This document shows positions 10,566 to 21,413 of a stretch of DNA of 64,000 bases, one piece after another. Position numbers and translations under genes: made by a program. The notes beneath the pieces are model-generated. The model saw nothing but the letters and a program-made list of their open reading frames with translations, was not told the DNA's origin and did no database searches. The DNA comes from an uncultured delta proteobacterium (GTDB lineage Bacteria > Desulfobacterota > Desulfobacteria > Desulfobacterales > Desulfosalsimonadaceae). Location: NCBI GenBank assembly GCA_963826785.1, contig CAWGYD010000006.1, positions 384,001 to 448,000 on the forward strand. Reading direction: 5' to 3'. Numbering within the stretch: the first letter of the stretch is position 1; each line of letters opens with the position of its first letter.

Positions 10566-12071
10566 TCAACCGGATTTCATTGCCTGCCGGATGCCGGCCG
10601 GGATGCCGCCTTCCTCATACAATGCATACTTTTTCCCGATAACGCCCCGGTAATGCAGCGGCTTGCCAAGCTTTACGGCCGCCTGCACAAGCCTGGGGGC
10701 GTTTGCCGGCTTCACAATCCATAACCGGCTGCTGTTCTGGGCCAGTTTGGCCGCCAGACCATCGGCGCTGACCTCTGCCACTTTGGCATCCAGATAGAAA
10801 TCGAGGCCCAGGTTCGGTCTTGTTTCAAAAAATGTAATTTCCTGATAAGGCCCCGGACTCAGCGATTGGACCTGACGAGCGAACTGCTCGCCGTTTCGCT
10901 TCAGTTCCAGAGGATAGTAGGAGACGCCGAATCGGACGATAACCAGAAACAACAGCCATCCGGCGATCAGGTTGCGCCTGAGGGCGGTGAATTGAAAATT
11001 TTGGGCGTAAAGGGCCCTGGCGGCAAGGATGGCCAGGGGCGCAAAACAGGGCAGCAGGTAAAGGTGCATCCGGGATTTGGAGAAGAGAAACACCGAAAGC
11101 GGCAGCATAAACCATATCAGCACAAACAGGTCCTGGGAAGACAGCGGGGATAAATAGCGCCGGCGGGATGAAGAAAGCCTCCGGAGGGCCCCGGACAGCT
11201 GTTTAAACAACACCACGGTCCAGGGGATCGTCCCGAACAACAGCACCGGACCATATATTTTGACCGCGTCCAGCCAGCGGCTGTGCCGATCATGATGGGC
11301 GGTAAAAATCCGCAACACCACTTCATTCCAGATGAAATACCGGGCCAGAGAAAGATTTCCGGCAATCACGCTGATAAACCAGGAGAAGCCGATGATCCCG
11401 AAAATGGCGAGACCCGGCACCCACCTCATGGCGACCCGCTCCGGTGCCGGCCGGGTCACCCGGAAAACGAGAATGGCCGCCAGCGGCAGAAGACCCGGCG
11501 GGCCCTTGGTCATAAACGCGATGCCGAATGCGGCCCACATCATCAGGATCATTCTTTTGGCCCGCTCGCGGTCCCGGCCCCACTGCGCATCCACAAAACA
11601 GCTGACGGCCGCGGCTTCCCACAGGGCCAGCAGGGTATCGGTGGTAATGGCATTGCCGGCGAGCACCGGAAAAAGAAAGGAGATATAGACCAGGCCCGGC
11701 AGCCACGGGCGTTCCGGGGTAAACACCGCCCCCATGTGCCAGATAATCAGGGTGGTTAAAAACAGGGCCAGGGAATTGGGAAAGCGGGCGGCAAACTCAT
11801 TTCGGCCCAGCATCACGACACTTGCCGCGATGGACCAATAGGTCAACGGCGGCTTGGTCCAGTGCGGCTGATCGTTTAAACGGGGATGCAGCCAGTCATG
11901 GCTCCTGAGCATCTCCATGGAAACAGCCGTGTACCGTCCCTCATCCGGGTCCCAGACACCGCGGCTTCCCTGAAATGCGAAGCAGAAGAAGAGCAGCGCT
12001 GAGATCCACAACCATTTTTTCGGCTTGTGCGACATGGGATAGGCTTTCCTTAAACCCGATGGTTTGTTCAT
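10566..12071 (-). CDS. ArnT/GT39-family membrane glycosyltransferase
   Basis: WDPDEGRY, KPPLTYW, AARFP, TKGP and SKSRMHLYLLP; polytopic. Confidence 0.85.
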   Translation of the reverse strand: MNKPSGLRKAYPMSHKPKKWLWISALLFFCFAFQGSRGVWDPDEGRYTAVSMEMLRSHDWLHPRLNDQPHWTKPPLTYWSIAASVVMLGRNEFAARFPNSLALFLTTLIIWHMGAVFTPERPWLPGLVYISFLFPVLAGNAITTDTLLALWEAAAVSCFVDAQWGRDRERAKRMILMMWAAFGIAFMTKGPPGLLPLAAILVFRVTRPAPERVAMRWVPGLAIFGIIGFSWFISVIAGNLSLARYFIWNEVVLRIFTAHHDRHSRWLDAVKIYGPVLLFGTIPWTVVLFKQLSGALRRLSSSRRRYLSPLSSQDLFVLIWFMLPLSVFLFSKSRMHLYLLPCFAPLAILAARALYAQNFQFTALRRNLIAGWLLFLVIVRFGVSYYPLELKRNGEQFARQVQSLSPGPYQEITFFETRPNLGLDFYLDAKVAEVSADGLAAKLAQNSSRLWIVKPANAPRLVQAAVKLGKPLHYRGVIGKKYALYEEGGIPAGIRQAMKSG

Positions 12072-12224
12072 AACCCATAACCCATAATACCGAATTCAAA
12101 AAATGACCAGCGCCAGCAGTGCATGGCTGCCTAAATTAACAATAAAATCAAAAAGCAAAGGGGATTTGCGTTAATAATATGAATATGGATAAGATGCATT
12201 CTTTTTACGGCAAAGCCCCTGCCC

Positions 12225-13130
12225 TCAATTGACCAGTTCCGGCCGCCGTTTCCACCGCCGGTGCATCCAGACCCACTGCTCCGGGTGGCGCCTGATCACC
12301 GACTCATAGATCCGGTTGCAGTTTTCGACATCCACGAGCAGGTCCTGTTCCGAATTGCCGGTATCCGCAAACGCCAGGGGTTTGAAAAATTCTACGCGAT
12401 ATGTCAGGTCCGGCTCCAGGTGGATGAAGGCGGGAATCACCGGCACTTTGAAACGCCGGGCCAGAACGATGGGACCGACCGGTGTATTGGCTTTTCGGCC
12501 GAAAAAATCGGCGAACACCCCTTTTACCCGGGTGTCCTGATCCATGAGAATGCCTAAGGGGCAGCCGTCCTTCAATGTCCGGATCAGGGTCTTGATCTCT
12601 TTGCCCCGTTCCAGGTGCAGATAGCCGGCCTGGTTCCGGGTCTCAACCATCAGCCGGTTCAATTTGGGATTGGCCAGCGGCGAACCGATGACCCGAAGGG
12701 GAAATTTTTTCCAGGTGAGCCAGGCCCCCAGGAGCTCCCAGTTACCGTAATGGCCGGTCAACAGGATGATGCCGCGGCCCGTTGCCGCGGCTTCTTCAAG
12801 GTATTCCAGGTTATCCGCCTTTACATACCGGTCCATCCCCCGGGACAGAAACCATGGAATCCGAATGGTGTCCACGGCGGCCGTGGCAAAATGACCGAAT
12901 ACGTCCCGGGCAATCCGCCGGATTTCGCGATCACTCTTTTCATGTCCGAACGCGATGGTCAAATGGCGGATGGTATTGCGTCGGTGTTTGCCCGAAGCCC
13001 AGTAGAACATGATGGCAATGCGCCGGGCCACGGCGATGCTCGCGCGCCGCGGCAGGAGCCGGAAAATACGGACAAACGCCAGCACCGTCCGGTACTGGAT
13101 TTCATTTTTCAGGTGTTTTAACAGTTTCAT
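12225..13130 (-). CDS. Lipid A late acyltransferase (LpxL/HtrB family)
   Basis: GHYGNWEL, MDQD, FFG and PEQWVWMHRRWK. Confidence 0.9.
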   Translation of the reverse strand: MKLLKHLKNEIQYRTVLAFVRIFRLLPRRASIAVARRIAIMFYWASGKHRRNTIRHLTIAFGHEKSDREIRRIARDVFGHFATAAVDTIRIPWFLSRGMDRYVKADNLEYLEEAAATGRGIILLTGHYGNWELLGAWLTWKKFPLRVIGSPLANPKLNRLMVETRNQAGYLHLERGKEIKTLIRTLKDGCPLGILMDQDTRVKGVFADFFGRKANTPVGPIVLARRFKVPVIPAFIHLEPDLTYRVEFFKPLAFADTGNSEQDLLVDVENCNRIYESVIRRHPEQWVWMHRRWKRRPELVN

Positions 13131-13258
13131 GAAGATACGGCTATAAAAGGATAATCATCAGTCGATACCGGTTATCTCAATCATAGATTGTTAAACTGGA
13201 ATGAACTTGATTTGCAAAAGAATTTTGCTTCGATTAGACATTGATCCAACGATCCGTC

Positions 13259-13975
13259 CTACAGGACGCCACCGAATCCGATATAGGCGCCCATCGCACT
13301 GAAATTGTCAATACGGAGCGCGCGCCCTGAAACGCGGTCCTCTATCTTCCAGTTATTAATGTGGTAATCAAAACGGGCGCCGGCATCCAAAAACCATCCG
13401 GATTTTATATCATACCGGATACCGGCACTAACGGTGGGCATAAATTCCACGTCCTCGCCAGAATTGGTCCGGATGTCATAGGGGGTTCCGTTTTCGTTCT
13501 GTGAATCATCTTCATTGTCGAAATCGGTAAACCCAATGCCAACACCAGCGCGAATATACGGTTGCAGCGGGGAACCGATCCGACCAAAAATATAATTCAG
13601 TGAAGGCGTTAAAAAGGTTGTTCTTCCCTCGGCACTGGTCTCCCCCACAGTAGGAATGCTCAATCTCTCCCCGGTATTTTCGATGTCAAATACAAATGAA
13701 TCCAAGGATAAAACAGCGCTCAGGGATTGGCTCAACTGCCGACCGACATAGAGGGACACCAGCGGCATGCTGTCAATGGGCGCATCATTAACCTGGAAAA
13801 GATTCCCCGCCTGCAGGCCGATCATATAAAGGTTTTCCCGCGCATCCTTTGCCAGCGCATCTTGTGCCCGCGCATTTATTGGGCGCATCCCCGCCCCAAG
13901 GATTGCGATCAGCATGGCGGTCAGCGCGAATTTTCCCAAAGCCCGTAAATACCTGAAATGTGAACTTTTGATCAT
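13259..13975 (-). CDS. Outer-membrane beta-barrel protein (OmpW/OmpA-like 8-strand type)
   Basis: Signal peptide; alternating beta strands; LQPYIRAGVGIG. Confidence 0.65.
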   Translation of the reverse strand: MIKSSHFRYLRALGKFALTAMLIAILGAGMRPINARAQDALAKDARENLYMIGLQAGNLFQVNDAPIDSMPLVSLYVGRQLSQSLSAVLSLDSFVFDIENTGERLSIPTVGETSAEGRTTFLTPSLNYIFGRIGSPLQPYIRAGVGIGFTDFDNEDDSQNENGTPYDIRTNSGEDVEFMPTVSAGIRYDIKSGWFLDAGARFDYHINNWKIEDRVSGRALRIDNFSAMGAYIGFGGVL

Positions 13976-14035
13976 CAGCTTTCCTTCACGCAATCATATG
14001 CGTTACCTCTTTTTGATTTAAATCTGATTTTATCT

Positions 14036-14599
14036 CTACCATTTGTACACGAAACCAAACCCGATGGAATCCTTCCCCACCACCGGGGCGACAGACAGAT
14101 TTTTCGTTATGGGTTCTGTAAACAGGTACGTGCTGAAAACCCCGATGGCCGCGCCCGCCAGAACATCATGGATATAATGTGCTTTGCACTCGACCCGGCT
14201 GTATCCCACAAATGAAGCCGCCAGATAAGCCGGGATGCCATATTCCCATCCATAGCGGCGCTGAATAAAGGAAGCCCCGAAAAAAGCGGCGGAGGTATGA
14301 CCCGATGGAAAAGATTTGTCGCCATGACCGTTCGGCCGCTGTTCATGAATCGAATATTTTAGTCCCTGTGTCAAGGCAACACAAGTCAGCCCCGCTTCAA
14401 GAAACTGGTATCTGCCGTCAGAATCGCCGAATCGATCAGAAGTGCCAAAGGCAAACGTGAGGCCAAGTGCCGCGGCCGGCAGCGCCAATTGAAGATTATC
14501 GCCGGTGGTCCGTACAAGGTCCCCGGCATAAGCTGTTCCTGAAAAGGACAGCAAAGTCAATACACAACATATACAGATGACTATCTTTTTGTCGATCAT
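14036..14599 (-). CDS. PAP2-family phosphatase (LpxE-like)
   Basis: KYSIHEQRP, SFPSGH and SRVECKAHYIHDV motifs. Confidence 0.85.
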   Translation of the reverse strand: MIDKKIVICICCVLTLLSFSGTAYAGDLVRTTGDNLQLALPAAALGLTFAFGTSDRFGDSDGRYQFLEAGLTCVALTQGLKYSIHEQRPNGHGDKSFPSGHTSAAFFGASFIQRRYGWEYGIPAYLAASFVGYSRVECKAHYIHDVLAGAAIGVFSTYLFTEPITKNLSVAPVVGKDSIGFGFVYKW

Positions 14600-15056
14600 G
14601 AAACCAGAGATCCTCCAGTGTTGAAGTTCAGGAGAAAACAACGATCATGAGGAAATGGAGTGTTCGCATCATGGGGGGTGAAAATGACCACTGACGAAGT
14701 TCAAAATCACTTGAGAATTCAGGCTGAATAAACGCAGAAATGTTCTTCGATGATACAAAACCCGAGTGTTATCGGTCATATGCGAAATTAAAACCGCCGA
14801 GGAGAAGCCGTTTTGGAAAAAAAGAAGTGCCCTTATTCAGACAAGGCACCTTGATTGGATCGGATCACAAAAATTACGTTACAGTTCGTTTAAAGAGGAA
14901 TCGGCAAGGCATCTCGGTGCTGCGGGAAACCGATGTCGTTACTTAAGATTTTTTCAGGATGGTATTTCTTATCCTGATATCATCCGTTTTAAACACATTC
15001 GATCTTAACCGGGGGAAAGGATACGCTTTCGAAGATTACCGTAGAATGACGGCTAC

Positions 15057-15072
15057 ATTATGATTTGATAAT
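15057..15072. promoter_or_regulatory. 16-bp pseudo-palindromic box, copy 1
   Basis: ATTATGATTTGATAAT, upstream of the PAP2 gene. Confidence 0.55.
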
Positions 15073-15200
15073 TTAAGGGTTTCTCATCAGGGTCGTGCGC
15101 CCCAAAGGTTTAAATTAGATTTATTATTCAACTATATAATCATCCAGGAATTCTGCATCTCCCCTGAAAATACCTGTTCATCTTGTAACAGTTCCGCGCG

Positions 15201-18200
15201 TTACCCCTTCCCGGATTTCCGGCGGTGGCGCAACAGGACCAGGAATGCCGGCAGCACGATCAGGACCAGGGGGAACTGGGCGGCCAGGCCGGAGATGATG
15301 GCCACGGCAAGCGGCTGCTGCATGGCCGCCCCCTGCCCGATCCCCAGCGCCAGAGGGAACAGGGCCAGTATGGCTGCCAGGGTGGTCATCATGATGGGGC
15401 GCATGCGGTTGACCCCGGCTGCGATCAGCAGTCGGGCCGGCATCTCCCCGGGGGGGAGATCATGGTATTCGGAGGCGAAGAAGATCCCCACCTCGGTCAC
15501 GATCCCGATAATCATGGTCATCCCCATCATGGAGGTGATGTTCAGTTCGATCCCGGTCAGCCACAGCCCGATGAACACAGCGGCAGTCGAAAGCAGCGTG
15601 GTCGCCAGGATGGCAAAGGCCATGCGGAAGCTCTCGTAGATGAACAGGAGCAGGGAAAAGACCAGCAGAACGGCAGTGAGAAAGACCTTGAACAGTCCGG
15701 CAAAGGCGATCTGCTGCTGCTGGTAGAGCCCGCCCAGTTCATAGGTGACATTTGCCGGGAAAAGCCCTTTCCGGTCGAGGATCTTCTTGATGTCGGCAAT
15801 GGCGCCGCCCATGGACCGGCCGCTGATGCGGGCGGTCACCGCGATCATCCGCTGCAGATTTTCCCGCATGATCTGGGGCTCCCCGGTGAGGATCTTCACA
15901 TCAGCCACCCGCTTCAGACGAAACAGGTGCCCGTCCGGGGCCTGAAGCATCAGATGCCTGATATTCCATTCCGTCTGCCGGATCTCATCCGGCATCCACA
16001 GCCGGACCCCCACCATTTTCGGGCCTTCCTGGATATGGGTGGTGACCCCGCCGCTGATGGCATCCTGCATCTGTTTCGTCACCGCCTCGGGGTCGACCCC
16101 TTCCAGCGCGGCCTTGACCCGGTCGACCTTGATCTCCAGCGCATCGCCGGCATAGACCACGCCGTCCTTGATTTCCACCACCCCAGGCACCGAGGAGATG
16201 GCCCGGGCCACCCTGGGGCCGATTTTGAGCAGCTGTTTCTCATCATCCGAATAGATCTTTATGTCGATGGGCTGGGGGGCTGCGGTCAGAGTCGCCAATG
16301 AGATCCTCCATCAGCTGGGACAGCTCGATTTCAAGCCCGGGGACCGTGTGCTCGATTTGTTTACGGACGTCTTCCATCACGGCATCGATGGGCGGCCGGG
16401 GAAAATTTTTAAGAAGAACGAAAAAATCGCCTTCGTTGGGGTCGGCCAGGGTTCCCCCCAGGGCCAGACCGGTCCGGCGGGTGTATGTCTTGACTGACGG
16501 CGTGGACCGCAGTATCCCGCCCACCCGCGTGAGCAGCCGGTCTGTCTCGGTCAGCGACGTCCCGGCCGGTGCCCGGTAGTCAAGCACGAATCCCCCTTCG
16601 TCCATGGCGGGCATGAACCCGGACCCGACGTTTTCGTAGGCATACCACCCGGCTGCCAGCAGGGGGATCACCCCGAGAAAGACCAGCCAGGGGCGCTTCA
16701 AAATCCGGCCCATCAGCCATTCATACCCCTGGTGGGCCCCTCGGGTCAGGCGGCCTTTATCCTCCCGGGCCGCATCCTTTTGATTAGCACGTGATCGGCT
16801 ATAAGCGGTTCGGCCAGCCAGGTGATGACAAATGAGATGAAAAGCGCGCCGGCCATGGTCAGGGAAAGCGACTTGAAAAAGGATCCGGTCAGCCCGGACA
16901 GGAAGGTCAGGGGAAGGAAGATGATGATGGTGGACGTCGAGGATCCCGTCAGCGGCCGGGAGAACTCCTGGGCGGCGGCCATGACCTTGCGGTGGTGTTC
17001 GCCGCCGCCTTCCCGCAGCCGGCGAATGATATGCTCCATCATGACCACGGTGTCATCGATGATGAGCCCCACGGCCGCGGCCATTCCGCCTAAGGGTCAT
17101 GATGTTGAAGCTCAGATTGAAGACATAAAGGATCAGGACGGTGGCGGCAAGGACCGAAGGAACAGCCACCAGGGCGATCAGGGTGATCTTGATGTTGCGC
17201 AGAAAAAGCAGCAGGACCAGACCCGGCCAGCAGGACGCCGAAAATAATGGCGTCACGGACGCTCCCTTCCGAGGAAAGGATCAAATCGCTCTGGTCATAC
17301 CATTTGCTGAGATTACCCCCGGCGGAAAGTGCTTGCGGTATCCGTCCAGTCTTGCCTTGACCTCGTTGTCGATCCGGACCGTGTTCGCCCCCCGCTGCTG
17401 GTAGATTTCCAGGGTGACTGCTTGGTGGCCGTCTGCGGTGACCCGGGTCCAGCGGGGAACAACGGACCGGCTCACGGTGGCCACGTCCTCCAGCAGCACC
17501 ACCCCGTCCTCGCCGGAGCGGAGCACGGTCTGACCCACGCTGGCCAGGTTGTCGAAGCGGGTATCGGAGACCACCAGGTAGAGCTTGTAATGATCCTCCA
17601 TGCGGCCCACCGCCGTGATCACATTTGCGGCCGAAAGCGCGGAAGACACCTCTTCCATGGTCAGACCGAAGGATGCGAGCATCTTCGGAGCGATGGTCAC
17701 ATGATATTCTTCTTCCTCTCCCCCCTGCACCCCGACTTTCTGCACCCCCGGGACCGCGGACAGAACCGGCCGCAGCTGGTAGTAGGCGATATCCCGCAGC
17801 TTGATCGGGGAAAGGGTGTCCGATGTCATGCTGTAGGCAAGGACCGGATAGACGGTGGGGTCCATGCGGCGGACGGTGAAGGTGGCATCCCCGGGTAGAT
17901 TCGAGCGGATCTCGTTAACGGCGGACTCGAGTTCCAGCATGCGGGTGACCATGTCCTGGCCCCATTCAAAACGCACGGAGATGGCGGCGCTTCCCCGGGT
18001 GGTGGTGGAGCGGATATTGACCACGCCGGGGACCCCTCGCACCGCCTCTTCAACCGGCCGGGTGACCTCGATGGCCATGCGGTCGGCCGGCCGGTCCCCG
18101 GCATCCAGATCGACTTCGATGCGGGGAAAGCTGATCCGGGGAAACAGGGAGACGGGAAGCTGACGGCCGGTGAGAACACCCCCGGCCACCAGCAGCGCGA

Positions 18201-18252
18201 TCAGAAACAGGAGGGAGCGCCGATGCGACTGAATCCAATCCGTAAATCTCAT
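15201..18252 (-). CDS. RND efflux permease (AcrB/CusA family), broken by several frameshifts
   Basis: LPVSLFPRISFP, VGLIIDDTVVMMEHI, MPAMDEG, RMRPIMMTT and QQPLAVAIISGL lie in consecutive frames; indels near 16290, 16780, 17090, 17225 and 17310. Confidence 0.85.
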
Positions 18253-19325
18253 TCGGCTGCCCCGGTCATGTTGACGCGCATGTTGTCGGTGAGTTCGTAA
18301 TTGCCCTCGACCACCACCGGCTGGCCGGCCCGGAGATCGCTGCCGGATACCTGGTATTCTCTGGGATTCTCAAGACCGATGGTGACGGTATGCCGGACCG
18401 CCCGGTTATCTTTCACCGTGTAAAGGACGTGGGTGTCCCCTTCGGGAAGAACAGCGGACCGCGGGACAATAAATCCCTCGGCCGAACCAACGGTCAACTG
18501 CCCGGCAATCGATTCATTGAGCAGATAGCTGTCCGTCGAATCCAGGGTGATGAAGATGTCGACCAGCCGGGTGGACGGGTTTACGGCATAAGAAATTTCG
18601 CGTATCTTTCCGGAAGCCCGTTCCTCGGTGGGGGCATTGATTCGGGTGAGCACCACCTCCTGGCCGGTTTGAACGCTGCGGATATTTTCCGGCTCGACCC
18701 CGAGAAGGACCTGGAGCCGGTTTTGGGCCACGATCTCCACCAGAGTGCTGCCGGCGGAGACGATGGCCCCCTCCTCGGCATTGACCTGTTTGACAAGCCC
18801 GCTGACATTGGCCCTGATTTCCCGAACGCCGTCGACTCCCCGCTTTTCGAGACTTTCCAGGGTCAGCTTCGCCTGATCCATCGACTGACGAGCCTGCAGC
18901 AGCTGCTGATTGGTCGCCAGCTTCAGCTTGTACTGGTTTTCCACCTGTTTGAAGTTTTCTTTTTCAAGATCATATGCCCTGCGCGCCCGATCGAGTTCGA
19001 GTTGGGCGGCGGGGCTCGGCTCCAGTTTTAAGAGGGTATCCCCCTTCGCCACTTTCTGGCCGTTGTTGACCCCGATGGTGAGGATCTTGCTTTCAAACGA
19101 CACTGAAACCGTCTGCAGGGCGCCGGGTGCCGGGACCACCTGGCCGTATACAAAAATCTGCTCCTGGATGGTCCCCCGGGTCAGCGGAACCGTTTTCACC
19201 TTCGCGATGGGATTTCCGGTATTTTCCGCAGGCGATGCGGCGGCCATTGCCGGGCCCATTTTCAAAAAAGTCCCCGCAGCAGCGAGAAGGACGACGACCA
19301 TGGTTATCCAAATGGATCGCTTCAC
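18249..19325 (-). CDS. RND periplasmic adaptor (membrane fusion protein)
   Basis: Lipoyl halves (GQKVAKGDTLL, IRANVSG), a coiled hairpin and IVPRSAV; overlaps the permease start. Confidence 0.88.
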   Translation of the reverse strand: MKRSIWITMVVVLLAAAGTFLKMGPAMAAASPAENTGNPIAKVKTVPLTRGTIQEQIFVYGQVVPAPGALQTVSVSFESKILTIGVNNGQKVAKGDTLLKLEPSPAAQLELDRARRAYDLEKENFKQVENQYKLKLATNQQLLQARQSMDQAKLTLESLEKRGVDGVREIRANVSGLVKQVNAEEGAIVSAGSTLVEIVAQNRLQVLLGVEPENIRSVQTGQEVVLTRINAPTEERASGKIREISYAVNPSTRLVDIFITLDSTDSYLLNESIAGQLTVGSAEGFIVPRSAVLPEGDTHVLYTVKDNRAVRHTVTIGLENPREYQVSGSDLRAGQPVVVEGNYELTDNMRVNMTGAAE

Positions 19326-20698
19326 TGGTTTTGTTCTCCGGCGGCCGGTTCCAGGTAGCGCCCGGCTGCAATTTCCAGGGCCACGAACTGGTCCACGAAT
19401 TGTATGTTGAGATCCAGCAGGGAGATGCGGGTGGTGACCAGTTCATCCCTTGCGTTATAATAGGACAGGACATCTGCATTCCCCTGCAGAAGGGCCTCAT
19501 GGTAGGTTTTCACCAGGGCTTCCTGGGAGGGGAGGTAGGATAGGGTGGCATCGATCTGTGCCTGGAGTTCGGCCAAATCCGCCCGGAGTTGGGGAATGGT
19601 CGATTCCGCGTCATAAAACCGGCTGATGTATTCATCATACAACTGCTTCCGGGTGGCGCGTTCCACGGCGATGCTTCCCCGGTTCCGGTTGAAAAAGGGG
19701 AGCGTGAAGGTGACCGCCGGGCCGGTGGTCACCACGTTTCCCGTGTCCCGGGCTTCATTCAGATCGATATTCACCGCGGGGAACTGTTCCAGAATCGCCA
19801 CCCGGACTTGGGCCTCCTGGCTGTTGTATCCCGTCTTCAATGCAAGCAGGTCGAGCCGGCGATCGGCAATACCAGCTGTAAGTTGATCTGCCGGCGGGAT
19901 GGCGGCCATACCGGGCGGCAGGATACCGGGGCGGAGATGAATTTCGTGTTCAGGCGGAAAGCCGATGGCCTGGTTGAGGGCGAATCGCTCCTGGACGATG
20001 CGCTGTTTGATGCCAAGAACCGACAGATGCACCCGCTCCAGGGAGGAACGGGCCGCTGAAAGGTCGATGAGGGTCTGGTCATGCATGTCAAAGCCCTTCA
20101 GGACGGTTCGGTAGTTCTCCTGAAGGGCGTTTTCCTCCTCGCTGATTACCGCCATTTCATGTTCCAGGAGGGACAGCCGCAAGGTGTGCTGTTTCGCCGC
20201 CTCGGCCACCTGCCACTCCTGCCATGCCACATCCAGGGCCACCGACGATGCATGCGCCTGTGCCGAATCGATCATGGGGCCGCGGGTAATCAGTGAAAAC
20301 ACGTCATAGCTCAGCGTCAGCCCGAAAGCATTCACCGTATCGCCGGTGGTCCCGGCCGTGGGAATATCCAGGCTGCCGGAAAACTGGGGATCGGGGAGAA
20401 GGCCGGCCTGGTATAGCTGGGCGGAAGCGATTCCACGTTTGTCGCGTTCCGCCCGGAGGCCGGGATGGATCAGGACGGCGATAATGGCTGCAGCATCCGG
20501 GGTGAGTCCTTTGTGGGGCTCGATTTCAACCGGTTTTAAAATCGGATGTTGAATTTTTTCGGCTTCGACCTTCAGGACGGACCCGGGCGGCGGCGTGAGG
20601 GCTTCTCGCACCGCCGCCGGTTCGATGGGCAGGGGGTGATAGGTGGCGCAACCGGGTATCAGAAGAATCGCTGCAACAATCCAAATTGTGTTACGCAT
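19322..20698 (-). CDS. TolC-family outer-membrane efflux lipoprotein
   Basis: Lipobox LLIPGC; QAGLLPDP, RRLDL and LPFFNRNRGSI. Confidence 0.88.
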   Translation of the reverse strand: MRNTIWIVAAILLIPGCATYHPLPIEPAAVREALTPPPGSVLKVEAEKIQHPILKPVEIEPHKGLTPDAAAIIAVLIHPGLRAERDKRGIASAQLYQAGLLPDPQFSGSLDIPTAGTTGDTVNAFGLTLSYDVFSLITRGPMIDSAQAHASSVALDVAWQEWQVAEAAKQHTLRLSLLEHEMAVISEEENALQENYRTVLKGFDMHDQTLIDLSAARSSLERVHLSVLGIKQRIVQERFALNQAIGFPPEHEIHLRPGILPPGMAAIPPADQLTAGIADRRLDLLALKTGYNSQEAQVRVAILEQFPAVNIDLNEARDTGNVVTTGPAVTFTLPFFNRNRGSIAVERATRKQLYDEYISRFYDAESTIPQLRADLAELQAQIDATLSYLPSQEALVKTYHEALLQGNADVLSYYNARDELVTTRISLLDLNIQFVDQFVALEIAAGRYLEPAAGEQNQ

Positions 20699-20815
20699 CG
20701 GCACAATTCTATGCTCCAAAGGATCAATGGAAATTGACACGTACCAGCCGTGAATGGAAATTCACCGAAGACGTGTGTCTTTCATTTTAAGCTGCTTACT
20801 TCGCTGCGCGGCGTT

Positions 20816-20899
20816 TTAGCAGTAAGCAAATTTTGAAATGGGTGCGGTTCTTTTCAGAGCGACAATGGTGATGATGGACAACGTGCGAAAATAGATCAT
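20816..20899 (-). CDS. 27-aa small ORF MIYFRTLSIITIVALKRTAPISKFAYC (small peptide or truncated gene)
   Basis: GGAGGT lies 4 nt before the ATG; hydrophobic N-terminus; below the ORF-track size cutoff. Confidence 0.35.
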   Translation of the reverse strand: MIYFRTLSIITIVALKRTAPISKFAYC

Positions 20900-21130
20900 G
20901 GCGACCTCCGATGGTGATTTCTAAGGTTTGAAAATGATAATTTTTTTTCTACGGCTTTGAATTTCTGGAAATGGTCGTTTCCATGATCTTAAATCTATAC
21001 ATCGACGGATAACCGGCAAGAATGCCGCCGCACCGGCTCCATTCCCGCTCATGGGTGTCATGGGTCTGTCTCTCTAAAAACCTGCCGAATCACTTGGGCG
21101 GACTGTAGTTTCGAATTGCGCGAACGCCAT

Positions 21131-21264
21131 ATTACGATTTCATAATGTTCCAACAATGCCAGCAGATTTATTCATAGTCGATCCGGGACGGGTTAAATAC
21201 ACGGATCGCATCGTATATCATTGCAGATTACCCGAAGATAACCGCAGGATTACATTTTGATAAT
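21131..21264. promoter_or_regulatory. 16-bp boxes, copies 2 and 3
   Basis: ATTACGATTTCATAAT (21131-21146) and ATTACATTTTGATAAT (21249-21264), upstream of the TolC-MFP-RND unit. Confidence 0.6.
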
Positions 21265-21413
21265 AAATGCTTTTGGATTTTAGGGGATTGTCGTGGAAAA
21301 ATCTGTCATGAAGGATCGCATGCCGGCCCGGCGCATTTTTTAAAGGAAGGAATTGGATGAGCCGATGTGGGGGACAGGGAAAGAGAAAAAAAGTTGTTTT
21401 AGCGGTCAGGCAT

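Noticed and set aside
14740..15008. Short plus-strand ORFs in the AT-rich gap
   Set aside because: No clear RBS or recognisable motif; likely non-coding or decayed DNA.
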